DNA from: Tubiluchus corallicola | Taxonomy: Eukaryota > Animalia > Priapulida | Assembly: GCA_030141605.1 (NCBI GenBank) | Contig: JAQGDQ010000167.1 | Coordinates: 394,204 to 458,203, forward strand | Reading direction: 5' to 3' | Length of the DNA: 64,000 nucleotides | In this document: one piece after another, positions 40,206 through 55,404 of the stretch | How the letters are laid out: every line of letters begins with the position of its first letter | Position numbering within the stretch: position 1 is the stretch's first letter | Notes under the pieces: generated by a model | Seen by the model: only the letters and a program-made list of their open reading frames with translations | Told to the model about the DNA's origin: nothing | Database searches by the model: none | Translations under genes and position numbers: made by a program

Positions 40206-41533
40206 ACTAATAACAATAACAAACAACAATTAAAAAAATAAATAAAATAAATAAATACGCTAAAGATTTGAAACAAATTTATATACATAGTGATTAGCGT
40301 GACAACTTTCTTGTCACGGAAGAGCTCGATGGAGAACTTAGCTCCTAACAATTCATCTTCTCCGGATTAATTAAATACTTTTACAGATTGGCATCTACTG
40401 CATCGCGTGTATGTAAGTTGTATAAAGCACGTGTGTACGTGCCTGATGCTCTGTTTCCGTTTGTAAACGAACCTCACTATAGAATCTTTTTAGAAGCCTC
40501 GTTCTGCTACTCTATGTGCTAAACTTCACTGGCCCTTTCTCTTCGGCGCTCCGTACAATATTCAATTACAGAAACTTTAAATAAACCTTTCTCTGAACGC
40601 AGTACTTTCCGGAAAAGCCTGGAAGGGCGGATCCAGGATTCCGAACAGGGCACTTCTTAGCCAAAATAGCGCGCAATATGAAAAAATGACAAAACAAAAA
40701 CGTTTATAGGAATCTCTTCTTTCTTCCAGGTTTTCTTATCATGCATGTTCCGTTCTTAAAAGTTCACAGATAAGCCTAGTTTTATTTTTGTTTCTAGCTC
40801 CCCAGATGAAGCCAATTATTTCAAACACTATTTATAACTAGCTCATAGTTTTCACAATTGTTCAATCTCAGAGCAAATTAAGTGCTACTCTAATCAGTAC
40901 TGTAATGGCACTATTATTATTTTTTACTTTAAGGTTATAATGTACACAAAACATTCAACAAAAACTTGATGATGGTAAAATATAATTCATGCTTGGCTAT
41001 TTCTCACCGTACAGTGAGCCAAGTGAGCTCAAATTGGTCCATTGTAGATGTAGACAGTACATGTGGAAGGCGCAAATGTGATACGTGCGAATGTGCATAC
41101 GCTGGGATCAAAACAGACAGTTGTTTCCGTTTCCTTTTCTACCAGACAGTTGTTTCCGTTTCCCGTTGTTTCAATTTTTATCGTATAAATATAATTTGTA
41201 GAAAAAAGCATTGTCGGTTCCAATTTTCTGTCGCCCATTCATACAGGCGAACTTTAACTCTGCACAACAGCCATGGCTCAAGAATTCACGGCTAGCTATT
41301 TTTGACTTCCTAATAATAAAAAGAAAACTTAGTCGTGTTATTGTTATTCCTGGTTTCTCAGAAATGCATGTACTATATGTAATGTATGTACGTATGCATG
41401 TGTGTAAGGCTAAGAATTGTGAAAGGTACTCCACCCCTAGCCAGTATATACGATATTTTTGCACAGTCAATAAAGCCTTAGATATATTAGCCTGTTATTC
41501 TTCAACTGCAAAAAAACAGATGAAATGATGACA

Positions 41534-41714
41534 TACAGGATGTTCCAGAAGAAACAGTGGAGTAGAAATTTACTGATGTGCTCAAATACTCTGATAAAAT
41601 CACAAACGAATGTTAGCATGCACTTCTGCATTATGACGTCATGCACTTGTGCATTATGACGTCAGAGTGATACAAAAATATTAAATTTAAAAAAAATTAC
41701 AAATTCCTATTTCC

Positions 41715-41720
<6 letters not shown>
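41534..41720 (+). mobile_element. Tc1/mariner-like MITE family E (partial)
   Basis: TA+caggatgttccagaagaa; aligns to the reverse complement of 13600-13791. Confidence 0.6.
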
Positions 41721-41980
<260 letters not shown>

Positions 41981-43410
41981 CAAATAAAAACTTCATTTGC
42001 CAATTTAAATTTTATGTGTGCAAAGAAAAAAGTACAATGCAATTCAGCAAGCATCTACACATTCTCTTTTTAGTTGTCAGGACTTTGGAAAGCGCCCTCT
42101 GGGAACTGAATTTACTTTATTTTATTTGTCTCGACATCACTGCAGTTGCTTACTGTTTCGCCAGCAAACGTTTAGAGTTAATTGGACTCATTTCGCTAGC
42201 AGCAATCTACGGAAGTGCCTGTTAGAACGTGTCTTACGTATAAGATGTCTTATTTGCTGGACGAAAACGAGGCTCTCGACTGCCGAGAAGATTTCTCATG
42301 TTCATTAAACCGATTAAGAGGGCTGATTGTTTCCTTATAGAAAACCCCTACAGGAACATTATGTGATAGAAATAAACTCGCATTGATTTCTAAAGATGTC
42401 TCTTCTCACTAGAATAGAAGCACTTACTATAATATGCTTGGATCTCGCAGGTCCGACTAAGACTTGCTCATTTCTTGTAAAGTTAATGGCTTCCGTCAGA
42501 AAACCGGGGAAGCACTTAATTTTTACCGTTGTCAAAAAATCCATTTTTGTAAAAATTTAAAATACGTATTATTAGGGCAAATCTATTTGCATATTAGAAT
42601 GAAAGCAACACCATTGTGATAACGTATAGGCAGATTCTTTTAACGAGCATAAATATCTAAGTGCTGTATTTGAAAACCGAAAAATTGGACTCTGGAAAGT
42701 GAAGAGTTCGTAATATCCTCATGCAAAATTTAACCCTCCTATGATGAAAAAGTGAGACCTGAGAGAGCCTTCAAGATAAATATGACAAGAGCAACGCACA
42801 ACAACAACAACAATAACAACAACAACAACAACAACAACAATAACAATTAAATTGACCATACTTTCGTGCTGCATCCAAAAATAACACTTGAGTAAGAAGA
42901 ATTACAATAATATTCCCCAGTTTAAACAGTGAAGTTTTGTTTCTTAAATACTGCTAAACATTAAACGCAATATTTCGATATAAATTACTGGCGTCCTTAA
43001 ACAAAACTAAAATATGTAAAATGAAATGAAAAATCGTATAAAAGCAAACTTAAATACGTGAAAATTGACTTAAGATTATTAGAAAACACCCAAAGAGTTT
43101 TTAAAAAGCCGTGCTAATTCACAATATAAGCGATTAATTAACAGATAAACAAGTTCTAAAAATTTTTTGGTTGGACCTGGTTTAAGAACATTTATACAGT
43201 AAAATTTTTTCAAAAAGACGAGTTGACTCATAAAACAAGAGGCTATTTTTGTAAACATATTTCTTTTTTATCAGAATTGAAAATGAAGCCCCAACAGGCT
43301 TAAATAAACTCTCTTCCGATACATGTTGGAACTTTTTATACTCATTTCCCAGTTTTCACTCCTACATCATCATTATAAATAATTAAATAAATAAACACCT
43401 CTTATTAGCA

Positions 43411-44135
43411 CAATAATGCCACCTAGTTACCAGTTTTATATTATATTTGCTGAATTTTATGCGTCGTGTCTTGCTAGTCAAAATTATCTCCTGAACTTTT
43501 TCGTGAAAAACGAATTAAGTCTGTAGACTTTACTTTGAGGTACAACTAAAAACTATTGAGATATAAATATAGGAATTATCGAAATGTATATAATGCTAAA
43601 AGTGCTAATTAACAGATAAGAAATGAGAAGAAATTGAAAAAATAGACGACACATGAGAGCAATTATAGAATTTGATGTACACGTATTGCAGCAAACAATA
43701 TTTGGTACACATGCACATGCACATGCATGCATATCTTCTCTTTGGCTTAACACAGTTAATTTACGGTGATTTCGCCTCTCCATAGGAAACGAGTCAATCG
43801 AAGATCGATTTGGCTATCAGACGGAGTCTTGAGTGTGTAGATCAGAATAAATGCAGCAATTATGAAAACTAACAGACACTTTAGAGATCTGAGGGGGCAT
43901 CCCAGACCTCTCATAGATATATACTACCTCATATTAGCTGAATTATGCCACCTAGTTACCCAGTTTGATATTAGATTTGCTAAATTTTATGCATGAGGTC
44001 TTACTAGTCAAATTTGTTTCTAAACTTTTTCGCGAAAAATGCAATTAATTCTGTTGACACTACTTTGAATTACAACTCACAACTATTGAGATATAAAAAT
44101 AAGAACTATCGAAATATATATAATGCTAAAACTGC
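43411..44135 (+). repeat. Diverged ~195-bp direct repeat pair (43411-43605 and 43941-44135)
   Basis: atgccacctagttacc...caactattgagatataaa..tatcgaaat..atataatgctaaaa present twice, 530 bp apart. Confidence 0.85.
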
Positions 44136-44669
44136 AATTTCGCATGTAAAACAAATTGTCTCTAAGTGACCTTATAATGAGACCAATGAGAAGAATTCTA
44201 ATGTACTATTTGTGAAAGATATTGTAAATGCAATCGAGTGTAATCATTTTGAATTTTTGAACAGAAATAAACTTAACCTGATACTTGATTGGATATGTCA
44301 AAATTAACTTTAGTAATGTATTATTTTTATTGTGCTCCCCTCGACTAATTGCTGTATCATTTTTGTTCTTTTTTGTTTAAATTGCCACAATATGTAAATA
44401 TTCTTGTCTATGTTACTAACAAATTCAAAATTGTGCTTTGCTTTGCAACAGGGAACTTCAGAAACTGGACGCACGAAGCTGGTAAAAACGAAATTAAATT
44501 TTTGCTTTATGGTTGTCACCAGAGTTGTACTAAAAAGTTATCTTCATTTAAGTCAGTTCAAGTCCAGTTCATTGCCCATTCATAATGTGTCATAAAACCC
44601 CAAAAAGGACAATTATCAGCAAATAAAGAATTAAAAGTCTAAAAGATAGACAGATAAATAGGTAGACAG

Positions 44670-45085
44670 ATAAAAGGTTTATTTTCATACAAAAATTACA
44701 GTTAAAAAACTGAATAAGACATTAGTTGTAAACAATAAAAAGATAAAAAATATACTAAAATCATACAAACCTATGGTAAAAAATACGCAGTAACACAATG
44801 AAGCATTATTCAAAAAAATTAAATAAAGAACTAAAAGAATAAACCTATTTGTTAAGATCATTTAAAAGTCTTTTCATATAAGATAAACGTGACTAAAACA
44901 TGGGATATATTTTATGTGTATCTTCAAACGAGGCTTTCCTTTTTCTGATGATAAATTTGAACAAATAGGTAATAAATGTCAGTGTCTTTCCGAATTTCTT
45001 ATTCTAAGTGCATAAGTTAAAACAAGGTAGGTAGGCCTTTCAATGAGTTTTTCAACTTCAGAGACTTCAAAACGATTGAGTTTAC
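44670..45085 (-). mobile_element. Possible decayed LINE 3' end
   Basis: Minus strand NRFEVS...KFGKTLTFITYLFKFI-like residues with stops, AT-rich UTR, aataaa and (TATC/TGTC) tail; weak. Confidence 0.3.
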
Positions 45086-45420
45086 ATTATGGCAACTAAA
45101 ATAAAATGTACAACGACATTAAAGACTCACAGAAAATATTAATTTACTAACCTAAAGGGATTTTGTACAAATAGGAAGTGGCGTTTTTACTTTTACCGAA
45201 CGGGCAGTATTGTTGCCTGGCTGTCGCTACGTCGGGACGCAACGTGATCTGACGTTTTCAACGCATTCGCGTCTCATGCAATTTCCGTCACTACGCGCTT
45301 CAGAATCTCTGCAATTCAGAAGTTGGTAAGAATACGATTCTCTCAAATAACACAAAAGGATAAAAACACAACAAAAGATGTGTTGGACAAGGTACAATAA
45401 AAGTAAGTTTAATAAAATAA

Positions 45421-45524
<104 letters not shown>

Positions 45525-46079
45525 TGATCTCATACTTGCAAATGGACTATCCTTCACAGCATCAGCAGCCAACGCTCGAAGAATGGCGAGTCATGAGCGG
45601 CTAATTTACCAATTCACGTCTGAATTTGCAAAGGCTAATCAGCATTATGTTCTGCTTTCGTCATCAAACACGCTGTACTACTACCCATCTCATGCATAAT
45701 GTATTCACTCCCCATATTCCTGGGCGGATCCATTCTTTGGGAGTCTCCTAGTGTTAAAAGTGCATCACACCAAAAAAAAATTAGAGGAAGACGTTTCCTT
45801 CGTGCAATACCATATTTCTAAAGCGCTTGCTACTGGGGCGTTTTCAGCACCCAGAAGTTTGTTTAGCATGTAATACGAAGTTGGCATTTAGCCAAAAATT
45901 TCAGCTCAGAGATGACGTGAAGAAAAATCTAATATTCGGTAATTTACTCGACCAGCCGCTAAATGTTAAGGCAGTATTCGTCACTTTCTAATCATTACAG
46001 GTTGTGGCATTTTTACCCTAATTGTTTCATTGATCGGTTAGCAGTTGGTACTAACTGAACGGTACTGAATAGTTGGAAA

Positions 46080-46221
46080 TACAGCTATGGATAAATTATG
46101 GGTGAGTTAAAAATCCAAAGCAATACTAAATTAGAAAGTCTGAATTTTTTGTACTTCACTGGGATTCGAAGCCAGTCCTTCTGCTTTCCAGGCCACTATG
46201 CTAACCACTATAGACAGCTGT
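46080..46221 (-). mobile_element. tRNA-derived SINE head
   Basis: Minus strand gtctatagtggttagcatagtggcctggaaagcagaaggactggcttcgaatcccag with A and B boxes. Confidence 0.55.
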
Positions 46222-46313
46222 ACGCTGACACTTCAGTTTTCAGGCATTGTTCAGACTTGCCCTATAAACTATGCCCAAGTTTGCTCTATAAACTACTAGA
46301 TGTTACTTTACCA

Positions 46314-46459
<146 letters not shown>

Positions 46460-47924
46460 TCTCTCTCGCTCTTATTATTATTATTTTAGGAGAAATAATT
46501 TTAATCAGGAATGGTATCACCACATAGAGAATGAAGTGCAACACAGTGCACATTGGATGTGAAATAAAAAATTAAATTCAATTTCAAATTCTTTCCCAGC
46601 TGTCTCTTTCCCTCTAAATTCTTAGTAAACGCACACATCAAATCAACTGTCCTTAGCTTTTATACCCGATTATAGAGCTTCCACTGTAGTGCAACCTAGA
46701 GGATTGCCAGATCTGTCCATTGAGTTTTCTATTTCTACATACTTTAAACGTCTGGCACACAAGAACTGACACTAGCACGACAGTCGGCACGAGCAGCACC
46801 TCTCAACACTACCTCTCGCTTTCAACCGCCCAGGCTTGTTCTTCAAGTCACTGATATCACTCGTCGCAACACTAGGGCCGAGATTATCAGCACTAGCGAT
46901 CATTTGGTGTTCATTTTTTACCGACCCAGAAGTTCTGTTACGCTGCATAAAAGGGAAGGTTGTGACTGACACATTCAAGTTCATATTTTGCTGGAAGCCG
47001 TTCAGCACCAAAGACAACTGTTATATAACGGAGTCACGCAACCCAAGATGGATCACAACGTCAGAAACAGAAGTTATTCGATCTGGAAAAGCAGGTTGCA
47101 GCCTGTGACAAACTCTTGGAAGGCCCTCGAAAACAATCAAATGTCTAGCAATCATTTGCGACTGTAACAATGCTTCCTACATTAGTTGACAAATTATAAA
47201 ATTAGGGACTTCTCGGGTAATAATTACCCAAACCAACAGCAATAAGAGCTTGGGTACGGCCAAGGGCGTATCAAAACTTCACGACGCCCTATGTTGTTGT
47301 TGTGTAGTACTTCGTACTTGTTCTTATATAGCGCTCATATAGCTACTTGTCTCAGTAACTGCCTGTGGTGTGTTATACAATGCTTGTTTTACATGAATAT
47401 GAATGGATACAAGTTGGACGCCTAAAATGTGGCGACCCTCAAACTTTGGCGCCCTATAGCCTTGTTAGCATATTGGTTAATACGGCTGTTACGACTAGTG
47501 CAGATGGGGCAGGCCTGACTAGATGTAAGGTAGTCACTGGAGATTCCTTGGCCGAGCAATAAGTTTACATAAAATTTTACTTTAAAGAGGGATCTGCCCA
47601 CAAACTCCAGATAGTGGCGACTTCACAGCAAGGGTAGTCTACGGGGGGCGCTACCACTTCAAGATGGTGTTGGTTCTGTCTTGTGGGATTCTGTATTAGC
47701 ACTTGTCGGTTAATCGAATTAAATGCAACAGAACAATGATGCAACAATAATAATTATAATGTACTGTAATCACGTTTAATGACAAAACATTAGGCACGAA
47801 AATCAAACCGACGAAATATGTCATTAAAGCACAATACATCAAAACAAAACATTGGCAAAAATATCAGAAAAACGTTATTGGGCAAAATTGAAAGCAAAAT
47901 TAAGTAATACATTGGGTATTAAAC

Positions 47925-48100
47925 CTAAACCTGGGTACAGCGTTTAGTCGTATTTGCCTGTTTTTTGCACAGCAAAATCAAAGCAGGTGAAGCTACAATT
48001 CCCCAAACTTGGCACTGGGATAAGACTGGAAAAGCCGGAAAGTCACGTATTTTGAATTTGGAAGGTCAAAGGTTAAGGTTTCAAGATCAGAAAATGTTTA
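47925..48100 (-). mobile_element. Helentron-associated element fragment (same family as 39780-40205)
   Basis: Shared block with 40000-40050 plus ggtcaaaggttaagg motif typical of such elements. Confidence 0.55.
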
Positions 48101-49742
48101 CAAAATGAAATTTGTTCTGTAATGTAAACCATCCCTAAAAACCATATACATCTTTAAAACGGGTCATTTTACACCATGGTCTGAACAAAGCATATTATTT
48201 TCCCTTAAACTCTGTTGCCACCATAAATATCATAATGATCACCACCACCATCATCACCATCATCATCATTGTCGTCGTCGTCGCCGTCATTATCTGCCTT
48301 TTTGCTTGTTTCGTCTCACAGCTGAATATCAAGGGAGTAAATTTTTGCGGAAAAGCGGTCATTTATTTATAATAACATCACAGTTGCTCGTGAATTCATA
48401 CACTCTTGTAGAAATAAAACCATTTGTTCCGCTAACGGGAGTATAAATTTATGATTATAGTAAAATTTCTGTCACGATTTGCCATCATTAATAAACCATT
48501 CTTTCGGGGAATTCATCTCGTCGCCGTGAAGAAAATTAGAGAAAGTTTGCTGGCAAATGGCGGCGATCTGTTTAGCACTTTATTAACGGTTAAATTCGCC
48601 AGCTTTCAGACGCGATGTGTCACAAACAGTCGGGGCTGAATTTTCTGCGAAATGCGCTTTCGTTATTACCCTAAAAACAATTCAGCGGCCGAGTAATAAG
48701 TTGCGAAAAGAGACTGCACGCGAACTTGTAGACATTTTTGGCGGCCATTATTGTCACGTGATCTGCAAAAGTAACTGTACGTAGAGTGGTAGAAGTAAAG
48801 AAACTTTGTTCGTGGAATAAAATTCTTGCAACTAGTTCCATTTTCAGACACTTGGAGCTGAATCTATAGTTCCTTATGTAAAAAGTTAAAGGAGCTACGA
48901 AGTTGAATTTGCTGCTTTTGTCATAGATGAACTTACAACAAAAATAATTCCGTTTCTGCCTTAAGTTCTTGTTCTTAATTGCTTTCTTTAGTTAGGTAAA
49001 ATCAAAAATTTTGTCACAAAGAAATTTGTTGTTCTTAGAAGTAATGAAAAAGTGACATCTATAGATCTATTAGGAAGTTACCAATGTTTATCATCAGTCT
49101 GTTGTGTGCATAATGGATAGAAAGCCTTTTGCACACTTTGCACTCCAAGCATTTGCATGCCGCGTGCGCCAAGCATTACACAATTACTAGTCTGCTGTTG
49201 TTCAATTAGTTCACTAAACCATCTTTGTACAAGGAAAATCCTCTTTCTTTATCTTCACTCGCTGGGATTTTATTTCCGAAATCGTGAAGCTCTCTTAGCT
49301 TCTGATGACAAGCGAATTTCAAAACAGATCAAATTGCACTCGCAATAACGCACTTTGTAAAAAATTTTGGACCTTTTTATCACGTCAAGGTGAAACGTCA
49401 GTACTCTACCTGTAGCACTGTGCACCTGTAAACTTATTGATCACACTGACCTTGGCGTGCACCTAGCTGTCAACCTGAGGTGCCTCAAGAGCAGTTTGCA
49501 CTCAAAAGCTGAAGCAATTGGTAATAACGAGTAAATAATACATTGCGTGAATGCTTTTCTGCGAGATCCCTAACCGCTTAATGACGTCACAGTTTAATGC
49601 AAGATCTGCTGAAGTCGACATAACATGACTGTTATTTTGCTATTTTGCTTTTTGTATATACCGTTATTGTGTCAATTTGTGTGTATTTAATTTGTTTGTT
49701 TCTTCTGTAGATCTAAATTTGTTTTTTTAACATTTATGTGAC

Positions 49743-50015
49743 ATCACCACCACCACTAGCACCACCACCACCACCACCACCAACACAGTCACCACCACCA
49801 CCTCCACCAACACCACCACCACCACCACCGCCGCCAACACCCACACCATCACCAACACCACCAACACCACCACCACCACCACCACCCACACCACCACCAA
49901 CACCACCAACACCACCAACACCACTAACACCACCACCACTACCAATACCACCACCACCACTACTACCTGCTGCTTCTGTTGCCAAGTATTGTTGCTGCTG
50001 ATGCTGATGCTGCTG
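49743..50015. repeat. (ACC/ACA)n array followed by short (TGC)n
   Basis: Directly visible; source of poly-Pro/Gly/Val ORFs. Confidence 0.92.
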
Positions 50016-51319
50016 ATCCCCTTTCTCCTCCTGTTGCAATGATTGAGCAGCTATACTTGCATGCGAGGTTTTTGATTAAGGATACCCAGGGTTATAGTGA
50101 AGCACCAAATTGATATTAGCAGAGAACGCAAATGACATTATGCTGTCTGTTATTACATAAATTGCCAAGTAACGCCCCTTGAGGTACATGTTGTTGAAGT
50201 TAAGTGGCGTGTGCTCTGAAAGCTGTGCGCCAGTTCTGTCTCAGCTGAAGTAGCCATTTTGGGGCAGACTTTCATGGGAAACGACTTCTTGGTAACACTT
50301 TTACGAAAAGGCCTCTGTTTCGAAGTTTCCACCCTGACTGCGAGCCATAAATTCTGTTGCAAGTAGTTAGAGCCAGGTGTAGGTATGTGATCTCATTCAG
50401 CCAGCCTGCTGCATCACCGCTCCCGCACATATAGAAAAATTTAACGTCGTGGTCTTCAAATTCCAAGGAATTTTCATTGCAGTATGACAACATATATTGC
50501 TGACACGTATCCTCTTACAAAGATAATTGTTAAACGTACTCTGAATCTCTCGAAATCTATTGATAACCCCAATAATGACCTCTTGCGTACATTGTCCATC
50601 TTAAATACTTACAGCAGCTTAACGACGTTGGGAAAGAATAACATTTTTGTACATTATTATGATAACAATTACAGATCTAATGATCGGATGACACGTGAAC
50701 TTCATTGGACGTTGAACAACGAGATATTAATACTCTGATTTACGTACGATAAAATTGAAACTATGTTACTAACACTTTTGATAAATAAATAGATTAATTA
50801 TTTTAGTTATTTATGTTGCCACCATTATACTGACTTGTCAATGTATTGCATTATGATATGCGAATAAAAATGATATATTTCGTATGCAATGGGGGGATGA
50901 CCTAACTCCAGTCATTTGCTTGGTAAAAAAGAATTTCTTCAGAATTGCGTCCTATTTCCCAAAATTTTATTTTTTTGCAGCAGTTGCACGCTTTTATGGT
51001 CCTTAAACAACTTTACCAATCAGTGCTTTCCTAGCATTGCGACTTACTGAGGTCTTCAGTAACATTGAATATAATAAGTTTGATATAGTTAAATATAATA
51101 TAATAAATTAAAAAATCATAATTACGTAGTAGGCATTTCAGACATTAATAATTGTTCCATAATCCACGTCGCGGAAAATACTCGAAATCATCCATTCAGG
51201 CACAGTCATGCAGACTATTAGATTTGGCGAGTTCAACTTGTTTTAATGCTTACTGATATTTACTGACGACCACCAACTTCATCGAAACGGCAATGTAATC
51301 GGTGCTTTTCCAACCTTGT

Positions 51320-51830
51320 GCTGTGCCCCCCCCCATCTTCTTCAAGAACCCCTCCAAGTTACTCTTGAAAGCAATTAAACTGGTAGAGTTTGATTTCCTC
51401 TCTTAACTGGTTCCTGGTATTTATAGCCTTTTGGCTGAACAGTATTTTCTAAGATCAAATCTAGAAATTCTTTCACTAATTTTTGGAGTGACCTCTTGTT
51501 CTAGTGTCATCACTAGCAGTAAAAAATCCTTACATTCCAGACCTTCGAGTCCATTCACAATTCTAATCAGATCTGCTTTCAGTCGACGGTGTTCTATGGG
51601 CATTAATCTGCATCTGTTCAGTGTCTGTTCATATGTTAATTCTGCAAAACTAGGACATTCAATCAAGTTTTAGCTCTCTTTTGTACACTTTCAAGCAATC
51701 TAATATCTTTTAACTTGTATAGGCTATATGCCTGCATGCAGTAATCCAAGTGTTGTCTAACAAAACTTTTGTACTGTTTTATAATTACATCATTGTCTCT
51801 GTTAGTAGAAGACCTTTTAATGAGACATTT
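51320..51830 (-). mobile_element. Decayed CR1-type LINE ORF2 3' fragment
   Basis: Minus strand: YKSFVRQHLDYCMQAY..KDIRLLESVQKRA; LMPIEHRRLKADLI; TRGHS; FDLRKY; multiple frameshifts. Confidence 0.85.
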
Positions 51831-52689
51831 CGATAAATTTCAGATAATTAATCTCCTCGCTCGTTCACAGAGGACACGAAAAAGGCCATGAGAGACTCTG
51901 AATGCTTGACATTTCAGGCGACGCAATATTACTTTGCACTCCGCGCTCGGTGCAGACCGCCAAGCAGGTCAACCCAAACGACAATCTTACGAATGAACAA
52001 TGAATGGGCTTCATTCTTACAAAGTCTTCTCGAAAATTCCAGAAAATGTTCGCAGCATGAAGCCATGATCAAAAGGCTTTCTACTATACCATGAAGCAGC
52101 CCTCAGGTTTTAACAATTTTTGCCAAGCTACTCAGTATCATTGTTGTCTCACTGAAACAAACACAAGTTAGCAGAAGTGTTTTTGCATAGACAAATTAAT
52201 CACTCTGGAATACCATGGTTTAGACTGAAAAGCCCACAGGGAACAATTGCTTTCCATTCATTTGACATTTTAAAGTCTAGCGTGCCTCGGGGAGGCTGAT
52301 TAGCTTCAAATGGCAAAAGTCGGCATATCAGAATCGATATGACCAGACCAAGTTACAAAAACGTGTTTTAAGCGAACCAAGTTACAAATGATTTACATTG
52401 TTAAAAGTTTCTTTGTTACTTTTTAATACCATCATTTTTGCATTTCTGATATGAACTATTATATCGCGTTATTCTATTTCCTCTTCTCTCCCGCCTTCTG
52501 TTTACTTCTTCAGCTTCTTTTTCCCTTCCCCTGTTTTCATTTGCTTCCTAATCCCTACTTTTTTCTTTCCCTTCCCTCCACAAAAGTTAAACGGACAAAC
52601 TACCACTTGATTTTCTTCATGCCTTTGACATCGTATCTTATGGCGCACTCGAAAAAGGTTTCTCTCAGATTAGCAGGTTCGTAAAAAAC

Positions 52690-53210
52690 TGGACTAATGC
52701 AATTTCCAAAATGTAGACGATGGACAGACATTCTCAAAGTCCAAGTCAGGTTCGGAGTCCCACAAGAAAGCATCTAGTTTCACTGCTATTCATTCTTTTA
52801 ATAAATAATCCTACCAAGTAAGGTTTGTCCGGATTCAAAGGACTGCCTGTTTGCGGGACGACCGCCTTGTCTTCAAAGTGATGGGATTGTCTGATAGCCA
52901 AGATACATCCTAATTTGATTTACCCGTGCTCGAACTCGAAACATAATTATTCAAATGGCCAATGAGTTTTTTTAGCAAGTGTCATATGGATCAACCAATC
53001 ACGATTTAGTAGATGACAACAAAATGTATGTCTTGCTGTAGGAATTCAACCAAGTTAGCTAAGTGTTTGAGAGCTAGAGTGAATGAAAGTCATTAACACC
53101 AGGAAGTTTAATCGTGGGACGCATTTAGACACTACATTGAAAAAAGTAACACTCTCACTAATTCCGTTACGCTAAGACAAAATGTCAACCACTGTCCTAG
53201 CAACAGAAAC
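52690..53210 (+). mobile_element. Heavily decayed LINE reverse-transcriptase fragment (CR1-like)
   Basis: ggagtcccacaagaaagcatc (GVPQ.SI), ctgctattcattcttttaataaataat (LLFIL.IN), ctgtttgcgg.acgac (LFADD) in expected order. Confidence 0.7.
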
Positions 53211-53489
53211 AAAGTACAAAAGCTGAATCACAATGTGTGTGAATATCATGTACAAAAATTTTATAAACATATAAATATATATATATATATTTAATTTTTT
53301 GAAAATTTTAAAATATATATATAAAATTTTGTATGTGATTAATTGTATAATTAGATGGTAAGTTTAACAGAGCATCAACAAATAATGTAACTGATTAGCT
53401 AAACTTCAATGTTTTTGACTGTATGATGATGTAAATAAAAATATGTAAATTGAGTAACAATGTTATGTAATAGGACCTGTAATATCATT

Positions 53490-53721
<232 letters not shown>

Positions 53722-55398
53722 TACCATGAGGCTATAATGATGATGACAATGATAATAATAATTACTCTCTCCTCACACAAACACACACGTACCACGTCCA
53801 CCCACAGACATTCTCTCTTCTCTCTTTTGTTCCAACTCTTGTCTGCCTCAATTCTCATCCTCACTCTCTCACTTTCTGAAACCGGAACCTACACACGCTG
53901 GCAGATTAACCGCCATATTAATGTTACTTATTGATTACACGCCTGTTAGGGAGCGCTGTGGCAGATAAAAGATTCCCTTCCATTCTTATACTGCCCTTTT
54001 GCTCTTAGAACTTGCACAAAATCACTGTCGCTACAGAAATACTCTACATTTCTTTTCCCCACGGCAAACAGCACCTCTCTCGCTGTCAAGCCCAAGGCAA
54101 TAACGTTGGCTTCATTTTTGGAAAGAGTCAATATTTAAAGGGAAGGCTCCGACAATGACATCTCTGTTTGCGCTGCCGAGCATCAAGCAGCAACTTGAAT
54201 GTTAGCGTGAAACAGGTTTTAAGCAAATTTGGTAAGAAGAGATAGCAGTTTTCGCGTGCTCCTTGCTTCACCGAATGTGCCCAGTTGTCCAGTCATGATT
54301 TTCGCGAGGACTGTTGACCTTTTAAATAGCCACTCTTACGAAGAAAGTGCATGTCTAGTTTCATAAATCTACCACTGGATGCGCCTCAAATAGCTTAAGC
54401 GCTAGGTAATTTACTATCATTGTTTTGATGTGAGGAAAAGATGGGTCATAAATATCCTTTAAATAGGAAACAAGAAAACCCTCGCAAGAAAGCTTGTTTT
54501 CCTGCAGGAAATAAATTGAATGGTGCTATTTAGCTTCGAACACAGTGCATCACTTAATTCATTCAGTCAATTTTTCAACATTTTAAGCTATTGTTCAGGA
54601 TCTTTGCAAACGAGCAGTGAGTGTTAAAACGTGTGAAACTAATGAAAGAATGGCTAATGTGATAAATATACTTCTAGTGCCTTCTGTCTGTTAAGGACGT
54701 CCTTAAATTTTATAAAGAGCAGGTTTAAGTTGAGTAGATGATCATATTGTGTCACCTTTATTTTAATTACATTAATAATTACGTCATTATTATCGCTGTT
54801 CTTTAAAAAGATGTGCATAAGTTTACAGTAAAAACATGCAAATATAGCTAATCAGTTATCGTTTGATGATGTTCTGTTGAACGTAATTTCTAATTATACA
54901 ATTAATCACATGTTTATAAAATTTATACATGATATTCGTAATATTCTGATTCAGGTTTTGTACTTCAGTGAAAACCTTACCTGTAAAATTGGCTGTTTGT
55001 ATTGCCAGGGTAGTGTTTTGTCTTAGTGTGTGTTTAGGGAATGGTGAATGTTACTATACGCCCTGCAGTTGAAATTTATGGTGTTGATAACAATGACTCC
55101 CATTCAGCCTAGCTCTCAAACACTTAACTAGCTCGTTTGTATTGCTATATTGATTAAATAAATTTTATGTCCATCCTAAGAAGCTGTCGCGTACAACCTT
55201 GTCATTATCTGCTAACGAAATGATTTTTTATCAACAGAACAAAATGTTAGAACAATCCAAGGCATTTTTAAACTACAGCAAACACGGAACAATCTCTGGG
55301 GGTAGTTTTCAGCAAATAATCTGTCAGCTCTCCCAGCAGAATTCATCCAGATGCTCGATCATAGTCAAGTACAATTGGATTTCAAACAAAAGTTAACT

Positions 55399-55404
55399 AC
55401 TTAC
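55399..55404 (-). other. 5' splice donor GTAAGT of the Kv4 pore intron (phase 2)
   Basis: ACG CTG GG|GTAAGT; homology stops exactly at TTLG, the intron position known in KCND genes. Confidence 0.95.

Noticed and set aside
39699-40351. Overlapping ~180-aa ORFs
   Set aside because: Span a non-autonomous element and microsatellites
46772-47108. Nested gene or alternative Kv4 exon in a GC-balanced segment
   Set aside because: No recognisable domain; splicing from the phase-2 donor to nearby AGs gives early stops
49727-50039. Proline-rich or glycine-rich protein exon
   Set aside because: (ACC)n array open in several frames; no supported splice sites or non-repeat homology
55401-55403. TAA as genuine Kv4 stop / pseudogene
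   Set aside because: It is part of the GTAAGT donor at the conserved intron position; exon is otherwise intact
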